Virus record (IMG/VR): IMGVR_UViG_3300019926_000104
Coordinates: 1 to 57,981 of that record
Reading direction: 5' to 3' (one strand)
Length of the DNA stretch: 57,981 nt
From: a virus
The position numbers and the translations under genes were made by a program. Below the pieces are notes generated by a model that was not told the origin of the DNA, searched no databases, and saw nothing but the letters and a program-made list of their open reading frames with translations. Positions 27,440-36,500 of the stretch are shown here, piece after piece (the stretch's first letter is position 1; every line of letters begins with the position of its first letter).

Positions 27440-28024
27440 CTACAATCCTGGGATACCCATATCGCTGTTATCGTTATCGTCGTCCTCGTCGGAATCGAAC
27501 GGTCGTAATAGCATCGTTGTATCTACGAAACCTTTGTCTTTCTCTTGCCGTCGTGGTTTCCGCGACGGTGTATCAATTCCGGGGAAATCGAAACTATTGG
27601 GGTCTGATTTCCACTTATCCACATCAGTAGTTATCCTTGCCCGTCGCTCTTCATCCTGTTCTTGATTCAGTGCGGGCCTATCTTGGTGGAACTCGTATGC
27701 CTCTTTCCGATCTGCATTTAGTATCCGAAAGTCCCCAACGTTGGAGTTTTTGCTAACGTCCCCAACTCTGGATTGTGATTGTTTCTTGTTCAACCGTTGC
27801 TTTTCTTCTGGCGTGAAGCGCACACGAGCGCCTGCTTCCTTTAGAGCCTCTTTCTGCTTAATGTTGAAAACGAACTTTGCGACACCTTTGTTTCGAGAAA
27901 CCTCACTAACTGTAGGAACGTCGCCTATCTTACTCGTAGGGCGGCTCTTGCGTATTTTCCGCCGGAAATTTTCTGCTGTTGTCTCTCCGATGCCAAAAAC
28001 GTTCGTGATTGGCTGGTCTGCCAT
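27440..28024 (-). CDS. HhH protein, paralog 2
   Basis: VFGIGETTAENF; ...ITTDVDKWKSDPNSFDFPGIDTP. Confidence 0.65.
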   Translation of the reverse strand: MADQPITNVFGIGETTAENFRRKIRKSRPTSKIGDVPTVSEVSRNKGVAKFVFNIKQKEALKEAGARVRFTPEEKQRLNKKQSQSRVGDVSKNSNVGDFRILNADRKEAYEFHQDRPALNQEQDEERRARITTDVDKWKSDPNSFDFPGIDTPSRKPRRQEKDKGFVDTTMLLRPFDSDEDDDNDNSDMGIPGL

Positions 28025-28103
28025 ACCACAACTACTGTGCTATGCGTTCAAAAAACTACGTGCCTACCTAACTACTATATGCGATATTCACCAAACCTTG
28101 TGT

Positions 28104-29372
28104 ATGGTCAAAACACCGCCGAACCCCAGCGACAGAACGCGAAGCCAAATCAACAGGACAACCGAACGTATCTTAGAAGACCCATTCAACCGCCGCGTTG
28201 GTGCTCAGAAAGACGACCTAACCAAGATTGACGGGGTTGGTGAAAAGACCGCCCGAACACTCAGACAGAACGGATTTAGCCGTATCAGAGACGTTGCTGA
28301 TGAACCTGTCCCGAACCTTGCTCAAGTCGACGGGATTAGTGAAGCCAAAGCCGACGATCTGAAAAGTGCGGCACAAACGGCGAACCGTGTAGATTTTGAG
28401 GAACTAACCGATATTGACGGTGTTGGGCCAGGGATAGCAAGAAAACTCAATGCGGCTGGTATTCGTGACCCACACGAACTACGCGGCAAGTCCCAACAGA
28501 CCTTAGCCGCGATTGATGGAATCGGCCCAAAGCGAGCAGCACGTATCCGGGCCGACGTAGAGTATGAAGCCCCAGCAGGTGCGACAGACACCGGCTACAA
28601 CCCGGAAACAAACAGTGGGTCTACTATCTTCCGTGAGTCGCGTGGAACCTCGTTAGAACCGTTTGATGATGCAATTAGTACGAAAACCGAGAACATGAAC
28701 GACGACGGCGTAAAGCCAGCTCCGAGTAACGTCTTTGTGAAAGGCGAAGATAGGCAAGAAGCCATAGCAGAACACGCCGAACGAACGGAAGAATCTCGAC
28801 GGGCAGACGAATCATTCAATGCCCCGATTATGCTGGATAAGAGCACCTGGGAACAGAACAAGGATGAATACGACTACCCCGGTGTTGATACTATCCCACG
28901 GTCGCGCAAGTTAGAGCGGGTGCGTGATGAAGCCTCACGAATCAAAGAAGCCGGGATGCTTGGGAATATCGAAGCAAGCACCGAAGCCACGAACGATTGG
29001 CGAGCGCGTGGGCAGTATTCGCTTGGGAACGTTGGTGTAGATACCAGTTTCCGCCGTTCTGAGGATACGTTAGCCCATGAGTTAGGCCACGCCGTCGACG
29101 ATAGTGCAGACCGACCAAGCGGCGTGGATGAACGAGGAAACGAACAAGAAGAGAGTATCTTTGATGATCCAGTGGTCTTGGAACAGGCCAGAGGGCTATC
29201 AGAACAACGGCGTGGCAAGGAACTTGATTCAGACTACTTAGAGTCTCAGAACGAGGTGTTTGCTGATCTGTATGCAGAAGCCACGATAAACCCACGACGG
29301 GCCAAGAAGGAAGCTCCAAAGGCGTTTCGGGCGTTACAGGATGCAGTGGGACAAGATACCGGATTCTTCTAA
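28104..29372 (+). CDS. Protein with four HhH motifs, the shared family module and a C-terminal HExxH metallopeptidase-like region, paralog 3
   Basis: IDGVGEKTARTL, VDGISEAKADDL, IDGVGPGIARKL, IDGIGPKRAARI; IMLDKSTWEQNKDEYDYPGVDT; AHELGHAVD. Confidence 0.7.
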   Translation: MVKTPPNPSDRTRSQINRTTERILEDPFNRRVGAQKDDLTKIDGVGEKTARTLRQNGFSRIRDVADEPVPNLAQVDGISEAKADDLKSAAQTANRVDFEELTDIDGVGPGIARKLNAAGIRDPHELRGKSQQTLAAIDGIGPKRAARIRADVEYEAPAGATDTGYNPETNSGSTIFRESRGTSLEPFDDAISTKTENMNDDGVKPAPSNVFVKGEDRQEAIAEHAERTEESRRADESFNAPIMLDKSTWEQNKDEYDYPGVDTIPRSRKLERVRDEASRIKEAGMLGNIEASTEATNDWRARGQYSLGNVGVDTSFRRSEDTLAHELGHAVDDSADRPSGVDERGNEQEESIFDDPVVLEQARGLSEQRRGKELDSDYLESQNEVFADLYAEATINPRRAKKEAPKAFRALQDAVGQDTGFF

Positions 29373-29572
29373 TCTTCTAAGTCACGCGGCCACGTACTCC
29401 CGAACCCACATTCTGTGCAAATGTACCGAAGGCCACTTGTCGGGTACTTATCGCTGGTGTAGGCTGTTGGATGCTCACAACGAGTGGCGTTTTTGCTCTT
29501 GAGTGGGCTTTTGCGGTCGTCTTTCGGTACGATTTCAAACGGCATGTCGTCTGTGTTGGTGATTTTAGCCAT
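29369..29572 (-). CDS. Small zinc-binding protein
   Basis: CEH ... CTECG. Confidence 0.45.
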   Translation of the reverse strand: MAKITNTDDMPFEIVPKDDRKSPLKSKNATRCEHPTAYTSDKYPTSGLRYICTECGFGSTWPRDLED

Positions 29573-29649
29573 TGTTGATTGCTTTGAGTGTTGCATTGCC
29601 AGCCATAACGAGTAGTGCAACCTGCATTTCTTCGGGTACGTCGTCTAAG

Positions 29650-30159
29650 TCAGTCAAACGTTCTCACCCTGATTGTGTCTGCATCATGCATCCAGATAGC
29701 GTAGCAATACCACGTATCGGAATACTGTGCGGCGTAGAAGCCATTACAGCTGCTACACTCTAGTTCCCCATCAGGCCCGCCGTTGATACCGTGCGAATCG
29801 TGACACATTGGACATTTGCCCATCAACACACCCGGTTTCCCACGAACGGCGTAGTCATTGCTTGAGAGTCGGTCTATTAACGTATCTATCTCATAGCTCT
29901 CATGGTCAAAGCCACAAGTTTCGTTGCGACACTCAAACCGCTCTTGCACACGAATCATCCGAATATCGCACTCTGGACATGGATACTCTAAATAGTCCAT
30001 CAGCGTGTTAGAACAGGACTGACAATACCAGTAGTCGCGTGGATCGTGCCGTGATTCAGTCTGTTTGAACCACTCGATTGTTCCACAGTACGGGCAGCGG
30101 TCTTGTTCAAACTCTGGGATGTACTCTCGTGCGTCGGTGTAGTCTGCTAACTCAGTCAT
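29650..30159 (-). CDS. Multi-zinc-ribbon protein
   Basis: Six CxxC-type pairs (CPYCG, CQSC, CPEC, CRNETC, CPMC, CSSC). Confidence 0.6.
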   Translation of the reverse strand: MTELADYTDAREYIPEFEQDRCPYCGTIEWFKQTESRHDPRDYWYCQSCSNTLMDYLEYPCPECDIRMIRVQERFECRNETCGFDHESYEIDTLIDRLSSNDYAVRGKPGVLMGKCPMCHDSHGINGGPDGELECSSCNGFYAAQYSDTWYCYAIWMHDADTIRVRTFD

Positions 30160-30703
30160 TGATTTCTAACCACTCTCTTGCTTTCTGAATGTAGTTTCTA
30201 TGGCTTTCACGGTACTCTAATGCCTCTTGGCAGATTTCGGGATACTCGTCTTTGGGAACGTCCGGCGTCCCCAGATAGGCGATATGCTCACGGTAGACCA
30301 AATCCGGCGGCATACGCGCCATGGTTTTGATAGAACAGTATTCCTCGGACGTTAGCGGGTGGTCTGCATCCTGTTTTGTATTCTCTATATAGAGTGTAAT
30401 ATGCATCAACTCGTGGAATATCGTCTGATACTCCGTGGTTGCTGATTCGTAATTCAGGTAGATCAACTGATTGTACGGGTCGGCCATGCCATACGGTTCG
30501 CCATGCCAGGAACAGTCTTCATGGGTGACAGCGACTGTAATGGTGTATTCCGCAAGTTCTGGGAAGTGTTCAAGAGCCGTTTTGATGTTCGTCTTTACCC
30601 CAGCAAGGCCGGTAACACTCTTGCTGTCTTCGTACTCTTCGACGATGTGTTTCTCGAAGGATTCTAACAGCCGGAAATTCCCTGTTTGGACTAGTTCGCT
30701 CAT
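30152..30703 (-). CDS. Putative zinc metallopeptidase (HExxH)
   Basis: TIFHELMHITLY. Confidence 0.5.
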   Translation of the reverse strand: MSELVQTGNFRLLESFEKHIVEEYEDSKSVTGLAGVKTNIKTALEHFPELAEYTITVAVTHEDCSWHGEPYGMADPYNQLIYLNYESATTEYQTIFHELMHITLYIENTKQDADHPLTSEEYCSIKTMARMPPDLVYREHIAYLGTPDVPKDEYPEICQEALEYRESHRNYIQKAREWLEIND

Positions 30704-30867
30704 ATGTCTATCTCACCACACTGAGAACAGACGTAATTGGGCATGAGTCGTGTGCCTCTATACGACCGAGGACTGTGCGTCCTGATTGAGAACAGCCATT
30801 GTACTGTCTCTTCTTGGCAGTCATAGCAGTATTCGTACCGCCGTGGTAACACTCTCTTGCCGATCAT
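30700..30867 (-). CDS. Zinc-ribbon microprotein (55 aa)
   Basis: CYDC ... CSQCG; ATGA overlaps at both ends. Confidence 0.4.
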   Translation of the reverse strand: MIGKRVLPRRYEYCYDCQEETVQWLFSIRTHSPRSYRGTRLMPNYVCSQCGEIDI

Positions 30868-31073
30868 AGTTCACCGTTGATGCACTGCTTTACAATCTTG
30901 TGGCACTCACAACACAGTATGTAGTTCTCTCGAAACCAATCCCGAAAGTCCCGATCTCCAATGGCTTCTTCTACCTGTTCGTCGCTGGGGTTCTCTTCCC
31001 AACTGTGTTGCCACCACCTATCTTCCTGAATGTCGATTAGTTGGCCGCATTTGTGGCAGTTTCCGTCCGTCAT
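30864..31073 (-). CDS. Small zinc-ribbon protein
   Basis: CHKCG ... CCECH. Confidence 0.5.
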   Translation of the reverse strand: MTDGNCHKCGQLIDIQEDRWWQHSWEENPSDEQVEEAIGDRDFRDWFRENYILCCECHKIVKQCINGEL

Positions 31074-31438
31074 GCGAACTCTCCCAAGGTACTGTTCTCT
31101 GCTTTGCCCTTTGTTTCCTGCCGATCACGCCAACACTGCTTGTGATAGCACGGTACTGGGTTCCGATTCGAGCTTACGTCTATCAAGTCACCTACACTGC
31201 CGTCCTTGTTGACTACGGTTTCATCTATCCGAAGAGGTTTCCCACACATCGGGCATACGTCGCCCATGTGACGCCCGCTAATTGACCCTGCATCTGGATG
31301 TGACCACGGGTAGTTGTCGTATTCGTCTCGTGGCTCTCCCCACGCATACGGCCCATACTCACGCTTTGGGAACATCTCGGGGATACATTCGGGCCAATTC
31401 TCCGCGTTTAGGTGGGCCGATTCTCTCCAATCGCTCAT
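31070..31438 (-). CDS. Zinc-binding protein
   Basis: CPMCG ... CYHKQC; ATG 31438 overlaps the upstream stop. Confidence 0.5.
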   Translation of the reverse strand: MSDWRESAHLNAENWPECIPEMFPKREYGPYAWGEPRDEYDNYPWSHPDAGSISGRHMGDVCPMCGKPLRIDETVVNKDGSVGDLIDVSSNRNPVPCYHKQCWRDRQETKGKAENSTLGEFA

Positions 31439-31911
31439 GTTTCCTCCGTTGCATCTGGATACGCGATCTGTATTTTGTCGCACCCTTCAATAGCAACCCC
31501 GTTCTGTGGTGTTCCGGGCACTTTGTTTGTTTTCCCGATAGCAGCGAACACAGCGTTTTTATGGTTCATAGCGCCCCAGTGGGCGTAGTAGTCCTGTGTT
31601 CTCAGTTCTATATCTGGCTCACCATGCAGGTTATAGGCCCTCTTTGCGAGAAATTCGTTGTTCTCGTAGGCGATAACCTCATACTCATCAGAAAGTGCAA
31701 CCGATAAGCGTAGGTCGCCCGCGCCAAGATCATAGATTCTATCGGCGTTAATGTCCTCGGCAAGCGTTCTAATGATGCTCTCATGGCGTCCGGTTGCACA
31801 CGGACAGTACCAACTGCCCCGGTTCTCTTCTGGAAGTTTCTCACCACGCGGGGCGCTTCTAAGCACCTCTTCAAATATACGGTCGCCCGTTTCGTAGGCT
31901 GTTCGGTTCAT
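31435..31911 (-). CDS. Small class I SAM-dependent methyltransferase-like protein
   Basis: RIYDLGAGDLRLS resembles motif I. Confidence 0.45.
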   Translation of the reverse strand: MNRTAYETGDRIFEEVLRSAPRGEKLPEENRGSWYCPCATGRHESIIRTLAEDINADRIYDLGAGDLRLSVALSDEYEVIAYENNEFLAKRAYNLHGEPDIELRTQDYYAHWGAMNHKNAVFAAIGKTNKVPGTPQNGVAIEGCDKIQIAYPDATEET

Positions 31912-32345
31912 GCTCCCTCCCAGACCGTTTCACACTCTCTGCATTCACACTGTGTATCGACTACCTCTTTGTCTTCAATCGCGTGGATAATGTCTATCTC
32001 GCCCATTCCATCGGCCCCACAGTTGGGACACTCGCGCTCATGCACACATTCTTGCCCTTGCCGGTGATTCAACCCTTCGGGGCCACAGAGCACACCGTTC
32101 ACGCGATAGCCGTTCACACTGGCTGGTTTGTGTGTGGTTTCCCAACCGTCGCTTTCAAACAGCCCCTCATACCCGTCCCAGCCCTCTACGTCGTCTGCAT
32201 GGAGTGTCTTGTAGTCTGTATGGGTTGCATCGGCCAAGACGTATTCTCTATCCTCGCAGTCCACACACTGCCGTCTGTGTCGGACGTGCCACCACTCGTT
32301 ATCTCTTACCAGTACCTCGTTCTTTCCGAATTTCCAGTTGGTCAT
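31908..32345 (-). CDS. Cys-rich protein
   Basis: CVDCED ... CPNCG ... CECREC. Confidence 0.5.
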   Translation of the reverse strand: MTNWKFGKNEVLVRDNEWWHVRHRRQCVDCEDREYVLADATHTDYKTLHADDVEGWDGYEGLFESDGWETTHKPASVNGYRVNGVLCGPEGLNHRQGQECVHERECPNCGADGMGEIDIIHAIEDKEVVDTQCECRECETVWEGA

Positions 32346-32455
32346 AGTGTCCCGTTTGCGATTAGTACCAGCACGATCCACGCCAGGAACGCCACTGGTA
32401 TCCACAAGAGTAGTAGTCCGTTCGTTACCCACTCGGTTTCGTGTTTCTCTCTCAT
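32342..32455 (-). CDS. TM microprotein (37 aa)
   Basis: One TM helix; ATGA overlaps. Confidence 0.3.
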   Translation of the reverse strand: MREKHETEWVTNGLLLLWIPVAFLAWIVLVLIANGTL

Positions 32456-32595
32456 TGCTCTATTGCCGGCCAATGGTCTTTGAGATAACTGAGTACCACC
32501 AAGGGGACCCAGATAGGCGCTGTTACGACTAACCCAAGGAACACCCGTGCAGGACGAGTGAACCGCACTATGCGACCGTAGGTGGTGAGAGTCAT
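32452..32595 (-). CDS. TM microprotein (47 aa)
   Basis: One TM helix; ATGA overlaps at both ends. Confidence 0.3.
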   Translation of the reverse strand: MTLTTYGRIVRFTRPARVFLGLVVTAPIWVPLVVLSYLKDHWPAIEQ

Positions 32596-32747
32596 TCCTC
32601 TTCCCACTCCGCGAGGTTTGGAATATCACCGAGTATGTAGCGTTCGTACAGCTTGTTCCGCCCGTACTCTGTGATACACTCGTCCCAATCCTCTCCGAAC
32701 AGTAGTTTGCACAACTCGATGTGTTGCTCTGGTTTCTGCTTACTCAT
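32592..32747 (-). CDS. Acidic microprotein (51 aa)
   Basis: ATGA overlaps. Confidence 0.35.
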   Translation of the reverse strand: MSKQKPEQHIELCKLLFGEDWDECITEYGRNKLYERYILGDIPNLAEWEEE

Positions 32748-32920
32748 CTTTGCACCTCAAATTCGTCTTCAATATGCGTTAGCAGTTCATCAACATCCTC
32801 AAACACTACATCATGTTCACTGTCAATGTGTTCTGACATCATTAGCGTAGCATCCATTGGATTGCTGCCAGTTTCCTTATGTCCGCACAATTCGCACCAG
32901 ACTGAAACCTCCATACTCAT
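32744..32920 (-). CDS. Acidic microprotein (58 aa)
   Basis: CELCGH ... H; ATGA overlaps. Confidence 0.35.
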   Translation of the reverse strand: MSMEVSVWCELCGHKETGSNPMDATLMMSEHIDSEHDVVFEDVDELLTHIEDEFEVQR

Positions 32921-33240
32921 TGTTCTCTCTCAGATTCCGTGATTCCGGTTGTGATTAGTGTATCGCAGCGCCCACAGACCCAATCTCCCGAAACATGTTT
33001 TTCTGGGTTGGTAGGATTATCGTCACAATCACAACTAAACTCACCGGACCACGCTATATACATGAATTTGACGTGGTGAATTGCAGCCCCGTACCCCTCT
33101 TGGAAACGTTCACCTTCCGGCCCGTGAATTGTCTTATTATGCTCAAGACTCCGTATGAGTGTGAGAACAGGGTCTATATCGTAGTTTTTCTTTGCCGACT
33201 GTTCCATTTCGCTAATCATGTTCTCTAGTTCGTCCGTCAT
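32917..33240 (-). CDS. Hypothetical Cys-containing protein
   Basis: 107-aa ORF; CDCD ... CGRC. Confidence 0.55.
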   Translation of the reverse strand: MTDELENMISEMEQSAKKNYDIDPVLTLIRSLEHNKTIHGPEGERFQEGYGAAIHHVKFMYIAWSGEFSCDCDDNPTNPEKHVSGDWVCGRCDTLITTGITESEREQ

Positions 33241-33449
33241 TCTTCACTCTCCGGCTGGATTTCGCGTAGTTCTTCGGCCCATTCCTTCGCTTCTGGCAGG
33301 ACTTGTGCCATGTTCTCCTTGGCTTCCTCAGCGGTCGTCCCTTTGGCCTTAATCTTGATTTCGTCTTGATCGCGTGTGCCGGTTCCGCGTTTGAGTTTGG
33401 CCGTGATTGAGACACCAGACGCCACGTTCTCTATGGTTTCGTCGCTCAT
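33237..33449 (-). CDS. Hypothetical Lys/Glu-rich protein
   Basis: 70-aa ORF. Confidence 0.5.
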   Translation of the reverse strand: MSDETIENVASGVSITAKLKRGTGTRDQDEIKIKAKGTTAEEAKENMAQVLPEAKEWAEELREIQPESEE

Positions 33450-33577
33450 GAGTCGACCCCGTAGTATTCTTGGACGGCTTCACGCACAACGCCGGAAAAG
33501 GACTCGTTGTGTTCTTCTTCCAGTGCTTCGATTGCTTCTAGCTCTTCCTCAGAGTAGTAGGTTGTTCGGTGTGGCAC
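33446..33577 (-). CDS. CopG-like RHH microprotein (43 aa), first gene of the minus operon
   Basis: GTG start. YYSEEELEAIEALEEEHNESFSGVVREAVQEYYG. Confidence 0.4.
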   Translation of the reverse strand: MPHRTTYYSEEELEAIEALEEEHNESFSGVVREAVQEYYGVDS

Positions 33578-33978
33578 AACAACCTAACATAACATAGCAT
33601 ACTACGTAAAGGTTGTGCAAAGTGTTGTGAAATAGGGACTACAACTGTTCCAAAAGGAACACCAGAAAGACACACAGACTCTCACTGCATTGTCCGACAA
33701 TGAGAGTGACCACCTATGGTGAAAACATTCCCATAGTCACGCTCTCACGTCGGAATCTCTCTGGCCCTCTGGTGGCGCTGTCATGCCGTCCGTACTACCA
33801 GCATCGTCCTTATCTCGGATCATACGGAGGCTCGACAGTCAAGTTCTGCCGACTTTCGTATTTCTCCACTGTCGGAGTTAGGTTTTCAGCCGTTTTCGGG
33901 ACGGGCTATTAGTGACTCTGCCACCTTCGACGGTATGCACACACATGGTTGGATGTAGCATAATGGTTGTGGTGAAAG

Positions 33979-34023
33979 TCTTAACCAACTACAGGCCGGT
34001 GTAGAGAGACATGTTGGTTAAGA
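33979..34023. promoter_or_regulatory. Inverted repeat TCTTAACCAAC-N23-GTTGGTTAAGA in the long non-coding region upstream of the integrase operon
   Basis: 11-bp perfect arms read directly. Confidence 0.55.
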
Positions 34024-34138
34024 CGGTGTAGGCGGGATTCCCCCATTCCAGTGCAGAATCAGGCTAATCGGTATCTCTGGCAGTACCTATAGCACCTATT
34101 TGTAATGGTTTGTTGCATTCATCGCCAGTACTAAGTGC

Positions 34139-34612
34139 ATGGCCGATATACAGTATAGTAGAGAGAAAATGCAAAAGCAAAAATCAAAAATGGTCACGTT
34201 TGACCTTCCAGATTACAAGCGAGCCACGCACGACAATATGAATGGCTGCACTGTCGCTGTTGAATACGATAGTAGTTTTGGCGGCAGTCAGACCGTTGAA
34301 GGCGAAGGCGGATTGATCCGAGAGTTAGAACGTGGCCGATTCTACAATTACCTTGTTGTTGGAGATCGGAAGATTAGTTCGGGCCGTGTTTGGTCGGCTG
34401 AAAGTGGTCGCAAAGTCGGAACTGTTGAATCCATCAGCGTTACGATGGAAGCAGACAAGGCGATTGAATGGGTTGCTAAGGACTGGAACGGCCACGATGT
34501 TGACACCCACGACGATGAGATATACGTCCAGTTTTGGTCCGGCCAACTCCACGACGAAATGAGCCAAGAAGAGTTTATGAACCACACTGACGCTATTCGA
34601 TTTGAGAAATGA
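34139..34612 (+). CDS. Hypothetical protein
   Basis: 157-aa ORF, translationally coupled (ATGA) to the integrase. Confidence 0.6.
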   Translation: MADIQYSREKMQKQKSKMVTFDLPDYKRATHDNMNGCTVAVEYDSSFGGSQTVEGEGGLIRELERGRFYNYLVVGDRKISSGRVWSAESGRKVGTVESISVTMEADKAIEWVAKDWNGHDVDTHDDEIYVQFWSGQLHDEMSQEEFMNHTDAIRFEK

Positions 34613-35283
34613 GACTCGACGATTACAACGAGAAAGACGGGAAGCGTGTATGGCTCACGAGCGAAGAAATAGACCTACTCATAGACCAAGCTCAAACAGC
34701 GAAACAACGAATCGCCTTCACACTCGGTGGTAGGGCCGGACTCCGTAGGTCAGAAATAACCAGCGTCACACCCAACGACTTTACCCACGGTCCCAAAGGA
34801 TTCGTGCGCGTGTGGGGAGACTACGCCAAGCGAGACAAGTACCGAGAGGCACCAATCCCAAACGACTTTGAAGCCTTTGTAGACGGCATGACGCAAAGCC
34901 AGCCCCCAGATGCCCCAGTGCTATACAATGCAGAGAACAAGAAGGGGATAGCCGGAACGACCGTCTACAGGTGGGTTCGGCGTGCAGCAGAACGACTTGA
35001 AGCCGAAACCGGAGACTCTGGGTGGTCCTATCTCGACGTTCACGACCTGCGGCGTAGCTGGGGTGGACACCTACTGTGGAACTGTGGGGTTCTTCCCACT
35101 GTCGTTATGGAGTTCGGAGGGTGGGAAGACTACTCTACGTTTGCTGAGCACTACATGGGTGAAATAACTCCAGAAGCTCAGCAGCGCGAGCGTTCAAAAA
35201 TCGACTATGTAGGTGGCGAAACTGAAGAACAAACAATGCCGTTCAATCCACGGTCGCCGGAAATCGGTTCAGCGTATCTCTAA
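34609..35283 (+). CDS. int: Tyrosine recombinase / integrase
   Basis: GLRRSE (Arg), VHDLRRSWG (HxxR), GWEDYSTFAEHY (Trp/His ... Tyr). Confidence 0.85.
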   Translation: MRLDDYNEKDGKRVWLTSEEIDLLIDQAQTAKQRIAFTLGGRAGLRRSEITSVTPNDFTHGPKGFVRVWGDYAKRDKYREAPIPNDFEAFVDGMTQSQPPDAPVLYNAENKKGIAGTTVYRWVRRAAERLEAETGDSGWSYLDVHDLRRSWGGHLLWNCGVLPTVVMEFGGWEDYSTFAEHYMGEITPEAQQRERSKIDYVGGETEEQTMPFNPRSPEIGSAYL

Positions 35284-35774
35284 GAATCGTACTGATTTTT
35301 CGGGCCTTGGTCAGCGTGTTTAGCCCCGTGATCTTTTTTATTCAGTAGTTGCAGGTTTTCCACTCTGTTGTCTATCTTGCAGTTGTTGACGTGGTCTACA
35401 TCGTAATCCCCGCCAAACACGTCGTGTGGATCATAGCCTGTTGCAATAGCCAACAGCCGGTGAACACGAACCCGTTTTGAATCTTCTACACCCGTGGCTG
35501 TGATTACAGGATATCCTTGGCTACATCTCAGACTATACTTTGTTGGGCACTTCCCCCAAAGTTCGTATTTACTCAGCCTAGTTTTGACGGCCCTGTGGCT
35601 CATATTTAGCCTTTCTGCAATCTCAAATGCAGATAGATTCTCTCGCACATAGAGGTTCGTTGCTTTATCTTTCGGCAGCGGATCGTGCTTTATCCCTTTG
35701 TGCGTTTCTAATCCACGCTCCGTGGAAAACTCAGAACCACACTCACCACACTCGAATCCCTTGGTTTCTGCCAT
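35280..35774 (-). CDS. HNH_3-type homing endonuclease with an N-terminal C2H2 finger and HTH
   Basis: FECGECG ... HKGIKH; SAFEIAERLNMSHRAVKTRL; VDHVNNCKIDNRVENLQLL ... DH. Confidence 0.7.
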   Translation of the reverse strand: MAETKGFECGECGSEFSTERGLETHKGIKHDPLPKDKATNLYVRENLSAFEIAERLNMSHRAVKTRLSKYELWGKCPTKYSLRCSQGYPVITATGVEDSKRVRVHRLLAIATGYDPHDVFGGDYDVDHVNNCKIDNRVENLQLLNKKDHGAKHADQGPKNQYDS

Positions 35775-35777
35775 CGT

Positions 35778-36053
35778 TTATTCCTCGCGCTTGTCCACTG
35801 GTATCCCGTCTTCACACGGTCGGTTATTCAGTTCGTCTAACGTGTTCTCACTCCGGCCACAGTCACGACAGCGAACATACGGACCTAATGGCTTGTTCTC
35901 TCGCTCTTGCAGCACGGGGTAGTGCGGGCCACTAGTCCAGTGCTCTTTGATGATGTGGCTCAGTTGGTCGGCTACGTTCCCTTTCCGCAGCGTGGCTTTG
36001 ATTCGCTCTTTATCCGATTCGTAAGCTCGGATGTGCGTGGTATCTTCCTTCAT
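35778..36053 (-). CDS. VapB-like RHH N-terminal domain plus zinc-binding C-terminus
   Basis: HIRAYESDKERIKATLRKGNVADQLSHIIKEH ... CRDCG. Confidence 0.45.
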   Translation of the reverse strand: MKEDTTHIRAYESDKERIKATLRKGNVADQLSHIIKEHWTSGPHYPVLQERENKPLGPYVRCRDCGRSENTLDELNNRPCEDGIPVDKREE

Positions 36054-36223
36054 CTCTCTATCTCTCCGCATTCCTCAAGAACAGCCTGTACTTGATGCTC
36101 TACGTTCTGCATCAGGTCGGCATACGCTTCGGTTCCTGGGCGAACATCACCATCATGATGTTCTGCACTTTCTCGAATAGCCTTCTTCACTACCATTTTC
36201 TTAGCTCCGTTGATTCGACTCAT
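36050..36223 (-). CDS. Hypothetical microprotein (57 aa)
   Basis: ATGA overlap with the downstream gene. Confidence 0.35.
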   Translation of the reverse strand: MSRINGAKKMVVKKAIRESAEHHDGDVRPGTEAYADLMQNVEHQVQAVLEECGEIER

Positions 36224-36225
36224 TG

Positions 36226-36390
36226 TTAGTAATCAGTCCCGGCGTAAGCCGCTTCAACTGCCTGATCTGCTTGGCATCCGTCGCACAGTGCTTGGAATCG
36301 GTCTATCTCTTGTCCATCAAAGGTTTCCCGAACGGTCGCAATCCATTCGGTTTCTTTGCTACAACGCGGGCAGGTGGCTTTCTGTGCCAT
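36226..36390 (-). CDS. Zinc-ribbon microprotein (54 aa)
   Basis: CPRC ... CDGC; TATA-like ctttatatac about 30 nt upstream. Confidence 0.45.
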   Translation of the reverse strand: MAQKATCPRCSKETEWIATVRETFDGQEIDRFQALCDGCQADQAVEAAYAGTDY

Positions 36391-36500
36391 ACACTACTAT
36401 TATGGTCCACAGTATATAAAGTTAACGTAGCGGTAACAAAGAAAAGGTATCCTGTCGGCAAAGTCTCTAGGAACAGACTATAGTGAATACCGCGATAGGA

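Noticed and set aside
27741-28103. 5' extension of ORF 27741..29372, which would give a 543-aa protein
   Set aside because: The extension fully overlaps the opposite-strand HhH gene 27440..28024 and is Cys/Phe/Arg-rich. The ATG at 28104 sits after a TATA-like box in the divergent gap and begins the HhH-containing sequence.
33700-33912. 70-aa plus-strand ORF in the long gap
   Set aside because: It is basic and rich in Tyr, Arg and Ser, with no start context and no coupling. The region is treated as non-coding.
33578-34138. tRNA gene or tRNA-derived attP core near the integrase
   Set aside because: I could not fold any segment into a cloverleaf or find a GTTCRAATC-type T-arm. This needs a real tRNA scan and a BLAST against host tRNAs.
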